A DNA stretch of 47,546 nucleotides from Clostridia bacterium (GTDB lineage Bacteria; Bacillota; Clostridia; TANB77; CAG-508). The position numbers and the translations under genes are program-made. Under the pieces are notes generated by a model, which was not told the origin of the DNA, did no database searches, and worked only from the letters and a program-made list of their open reading frames with translations. The DNA lies in NCBI GenBank assembly GCA_045602065.1, contig JAZSAX010000008.1, forward strand, positions 1 to 47,546, read 5' to 3'. Shown here piece after piece: positions 44,433-47,546 of this stretch (position 1 is the stretch's first letter; every line of letters starts with the position of its first letter).

Positions 44433-45344
44433 ATGTCTAGAAAATCAGGCATAGTAAATGTGAGAATGGTTATCACAGAAGAAAAAATATTATCAAATAT
44501 AGATAAAATTCAAAAAATGATAAATCCAAATAGTAAAAAACAAATAATTCAATTAGAAGATGATACATATTTTAAAGACTTAATTGAATCTATAAAAGCT
44601 TATTTAATAGAATATCCTAAAAAGAAAAATTTCCCTGTAAATGTTTATAAAGCTGCATATGGGCTAGTTGAATATGCAACTATTCAATTTGAGGAAAATA
44701 CAAAAAAAGTTGAAGAATTAATAAGACAAAGAGAAGAGAATATAGCATTAGCAGGAAAATTAAGAGAACTTGTAGAATCAGTAGAAAATAGAGAAGAAGA
44801 TTGGAAAGAAAAAGTTGAAGAAGCAGATGGTCAATTTTCAGAAGAATTGATAGATACATTAAAACTAGTAGGAAAAGACAAAAATAGAAAAAGTCAAAAC
44901 TATCAAGATGCTTTAAAACTACTAAATGCAAGAATAAATAATTTAGAAACTAATTTACATATTGAAATAGATATGGAAAGAACAGAAGATAGATCAAAAG
45001 CTTTAAGTTATATTGGAATTGAAGTTGCTGAAGCATTAAAAACAATTCCAAAGCCAGTTGATGTAGTAGAAGAAACAATAGAGGAAGAAACTTCTATAGA
45101 AGAAATGGTAGCTTTAGATAATGTACAAGAGAAAAGCGAAGCACAAGTAGTAGAAACAAAAGAAGATACTGAAACACAAGAACTACTAGAGTATGAAGAA
45201 TCTGTTTTATTTGAAGAAAAACCATCATTATGGCAAAAAATTAAAAACAGTAAATTAGGAAGAGCAGTTTCTTATGTATTAAAAATTAGAGTTAGAATAA
45301 AAATTGAATTACCAAATGCTTTACCAGAAGGCAGAGGAGAATAA
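44433..45344 (+). CDS. Hypothetical acidic coiled-coil protein (303 aa)
   Basis: GGAGGA RBS. Long E/K-rich helical segments, an acidic stretch (VVEETIEEETSIEEM...) and a basic C-terminal tail (KIRVRIKIELP). No recognisable catalytic motif and no TM or signal peptide. Confidence 0.5.
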   Translation: MSRKSGIVNVRMVITEEKILSNIDKIQKMINPNSKKQIIQLEDDTYFKDLIESIKAYLIEYPKKKNFPVNVYKAAYGLVEYATIQFEENTKKVEELIRQREENIALAGKLRELVESVENREEDWKEKVEEADGQFSEELIDTLKLVGKDKNRKSQNYQDALKLLNARINNLETNLHIEIDMERTEDRSKALSYIGIEVAEALKTIPKPVDVVEETIEEETSIEEMVALDNVQEKSEAQVVETKEDTETQELLEYEESVLFEEKPSLWQKIKNSKLGRAVSYVLKIRVRIKIELPNALPEGRGE

Positions 45345-45348
45345 ACAG

Positions 45349-45378
45349 AGAAGCTAGTTAATTCTAGCTTCTTTTATT
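45349..45378 (+). terminator. Terminator after the 44433 gene
   Basis: AGAAGCTAG-ttaatt-CTAGCTTCT followed by a T-rich tract. Confidence 0.65.
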
Positions 45379-45403
45379 TAAATGCAATAAAGGAGTTGAA
45401 CAT

Positions 45404-47546
45404 ATGAAAAATGGAGCCTATGAACAAATAAAAGGCAAAATAAGAAATTTACAAAATTCAATAATTCAAAGAACTATAATAAAAGATTCATATATACTAA
45501 ATGATGCTATGAATTATATAGATTTAATATATAAATATGCTTTTCAAAATGGTAATAATGAAGAAGTAAAAGAATGGTTCAAAATAAAAGATGTAATACT
45601 ATTAAGTAATCTTCACTACATAAGAAATCAAAGAGAAGCTTATATATATAATAATGATATAAGTAATATTGAGTATACTAAAATATTAGAAATATTAAAT
45701 GAATATCAAAAATACATGAAAAGAAACAACATTGATTATATTATTCCATATTTTGATTTTGAAAATGAACTTAGAGTCAAAACAGCACTTCAGTTAGACA
45801 AGGAAATTGCGAAACCATTACAAGAAAATGAAGGAGATATATACTATTCTAGCTGTTATAATCAAAATGGAAAAATTCTTAAATTAAAAAGAAACTATAA
45901 TAATGTGTTAAAACCTGAGTTGGCTGTTTTTGCTGTAATACATAACTTATTGATTAGAACTAAAATAATACCAAAAACAGACTACTTAGAACAAATGAAA
46001 CTTAATGAACAAGAAATTAATAATGTATATTACTTCCAAATGATTATATTAAATGCAATAAAAAATGGAGAACTTTTAATAGGTCAAAACAACCAAATTG
46101 CTATAAATAAATCAAATATGGAATATGTAAAATTGGCTTGTAACAATTTAAACTATTATATTAAACTATTTAATCACTTAGTAAAAAATAAAGTACAAGA
46201 TATAAAATGTACAATAATTGAAAATCGCGAACCTAGTATAAAAATAAATGATAAACAAATTCAATATGAAATAATTGATGAAGATTTTAAATTTAATAGT
46301 AAACAAGATGTTTGGACAAGTAGAAGAATTGAATATACTTTTTCACAAGCAAATAAAATACATTATGAAAAATTATTATATGAAATATTCAAATTCAGAG
46401 AGTTTAGAAAAGGTCAGCTTGAGATTATTAGTAATATTATTCAATCTACAAACAAACAATTAAATATAGGAATCTTACCAACAGGGTATGGAAAATCGCT
46501 AATTTATCAATATTTAGCAATATTACAACCATTAAAAACAATAATAATATCTCCAACAGAAATATTATTATATGATCAAATAACAAACTTGCATGAAAAC
46601 GAATTTGACTTAGTTGGTGTATTAGACAAAGATAAAGTAGCACATGAATCAATAATAAATTATTCAACAACAGAAACATTTTTGAATGATAGAATGTTGA
46701 AATATTTAGAGTTAGCAGATAGTAATAATGAAATATTTAATATAGTATTAGATGAGTGTCATTATATATCTGTATGGGGACACAGTTTCAATCCAAGTTA
46801 TTTAGCATTAAGTAAAGTTATAGTAGAAAAAATTAAAAATGCTCAAATAACAATGTTTACTGCCACTGCTTCAAATGTTGTTTTAAAAGATATAAAATTA
46901 CAATTTAAAGAAAAAGAAATAAAGGTAATGTCACCTGTTTCAATGAATAGAGGAAACATACAATATAATATTATTAAAGGGGATAACTTAGATTCTTTAA
47001 TTAAAAATGTAATAAATGTATTTGAAAACTCTTATGAAACAAATAGTTTGTGTGATTGTTCTACTAAAGTTCAACCTAATTTAACATTGATAATTAATAA
47101 TGATCCTAAAATTCTAAGAGAAATCTACAAAGAGTTTTATAAACATGAAACATTAAAAGACCATGTTATTTTATGGGATAATACAAAGCAGACTTATGAA
47201 ATGTTTAGGCATGGAATAAAAACAATATTATTAGCTAATGATGATTTTGTTGTAGGTATAAATATTCCTAATTTAAGAAATATCATTTGTATAGGGATTC
47301 CACCATCAAAAGAATGGCTATATCAAGAAGGTGGAAGAGTTGGTAGAAGTGATCAAGAATCAAATATTATAATAGGATACATGAAACGAAAAGAAAAAGT
47401 TCTAGACAGCATTTTTGATTTAAATATACCTGTAAATGAAATACATGACATGCTTAAAAATAATAATGAGTATATAGATATAGCTAACACAAACTATATA
47501 TTGAATTACTTAAAAGATGAAGAAGAAGAACTAAAAGCATTTGATA
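45404..47546 (+). CDS. RecQ-like SF2 (DEAH-type) helicase with an unassigned ~315-aa N-terminal domain. The 3' end is outside the window, and the gene is missing from the ORF track because no stop is reached.
   Basis: Own translation from ATG 45404 (AAGGAG RBS) is open for 714 codons to the window end. Motifs: 0 FREFRKGQ, I LPTGYGKS (46475-46498), II DECH (46751-46762), III MFTATAS, VI YQEGGRVGR (from 47324). Confidence 0.8.
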   Translation, partial: MKNGAYEQIKGKIRNLQNSIIQRTIIKDSYILNDAMNYIDLIYKYAFQNGNNEEVKEWFKIKDVILLSNLHYIRNQREAYIYNNDISNIEYTKILEILNEYQKYMKRNNIDYIIPYFDFENELRVKTALQLDKEIAKPLQENEGDIYYSSCYNQNGKILKLKRNYNNVLKPELAVFAVIHNLLIRTKIIPKTDYLEQMKLNEQEINNVYYFQMIILNAIKNGELLIGQNNQIAINKSNMEYVKLACNNLNYYIKLFNHLVKNKVQDIKCTIIENREPSIKINDKQIQYEIIDEDFKFNSKQDVWTSRRIEYTFSQANKIHYEKLLYEIFKFREFRKGQLEIISNIIQSTNKQLNIGILPTGYGKSLIYQYLAILQPLKTIIISPTEILLYDQITNLHENEFDLVGVLDKDKVAHESIINYSTTETFLNDRMLKYLELADSNNEIFNIVLDECHYISVWGHSFNPSYLALSKVIVEKIKNAQITMFTATASNVVLKDIKLQFKEKEIKVMSPVSMNRGNIQYNIIKGDNLDSLIKNVINVFENSYETNSLCDCSTKVQPNLTLIINNDPKILREIYKEFYKHETLKDHVILWDNTKQTYEMFRHGIKTILLANDDFVVGINIPNLRNIICIGIPPSKEWLYQEGGRVGRSDQESNIIIGYMKRKEKVLDSIFDLNIPVNEIHDMLKNNNEYIDIANTNYILNYLKDEEEELKAFD

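Noticed and set aside
46275-46679. 62-aa (+) and 77-aa (-) ORFs listed in the track
   Set aside because: Both lie inside the long open frame of the RecQ-like helicase (45404 to the window end), which carries the real motifs.
1-47546. Scan for CRISPR arrays, IS/transposase, integrase, phage structural genes and rRNA
   Set aside because: No spacer-repeat periodicity, no ORF with transposase, recombinase or phage hallmarks, and no rRNA-like sequence was found.

Overview
AT-rich (about 30% G+C by eye) Firmicutes/Clostridia-type chromosomal segment. It is almost entirely co-oriented housekeeping genes: gdpP(3' part)-rplI-dnaB-tilS-ftsH, nrdG, rpsU, two M16 peptidases, dac, fruK-fruA-ptsH-ptsI, cwlD, minD-minE-rodA-dusB, mazF, a class B PBP, ddl, polC and tetR-fadD. 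Sporulation-linked genes (cwlD, a spo0E-like gene, SpoVD-type PBP) are present. I found no CRISPR array, transposase, integrase or prophage genes, and no clear multi-gene novel system. The best candidates lie outside the ORF track. (1) An unannotated par/Fst-style type I toxin-antitoxin candidate sits beside two tRNA genes (12526-12788): a 22-aa hydrophobic peptide plus a convergent antisense RNA. (2) A 229-bp GC-cored palindromic element (19004-19232) has short relatives elsewhere in the window. (3) A very AT-rich terminal island (44433 to the window end) encodes an acidic coiled-coil protein and a RecQ-like helicase with an unassigned ~315-aa N-terminal domain, truncated by the window edge. 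Other observations:
- a cluster of six DnaA boxes
- a solitary mazF with no mazE
- a duplicated OB module in PolC
- a 1520-aa adhesin with a possible thioester domain
- a degenerate REC-GGDDF protein
- MinE with a long K/E tail
- an in-frame stop in a ygjV-like gene
Functional calls rest on motifs read by eye and remembered family signatures. No database search was run.
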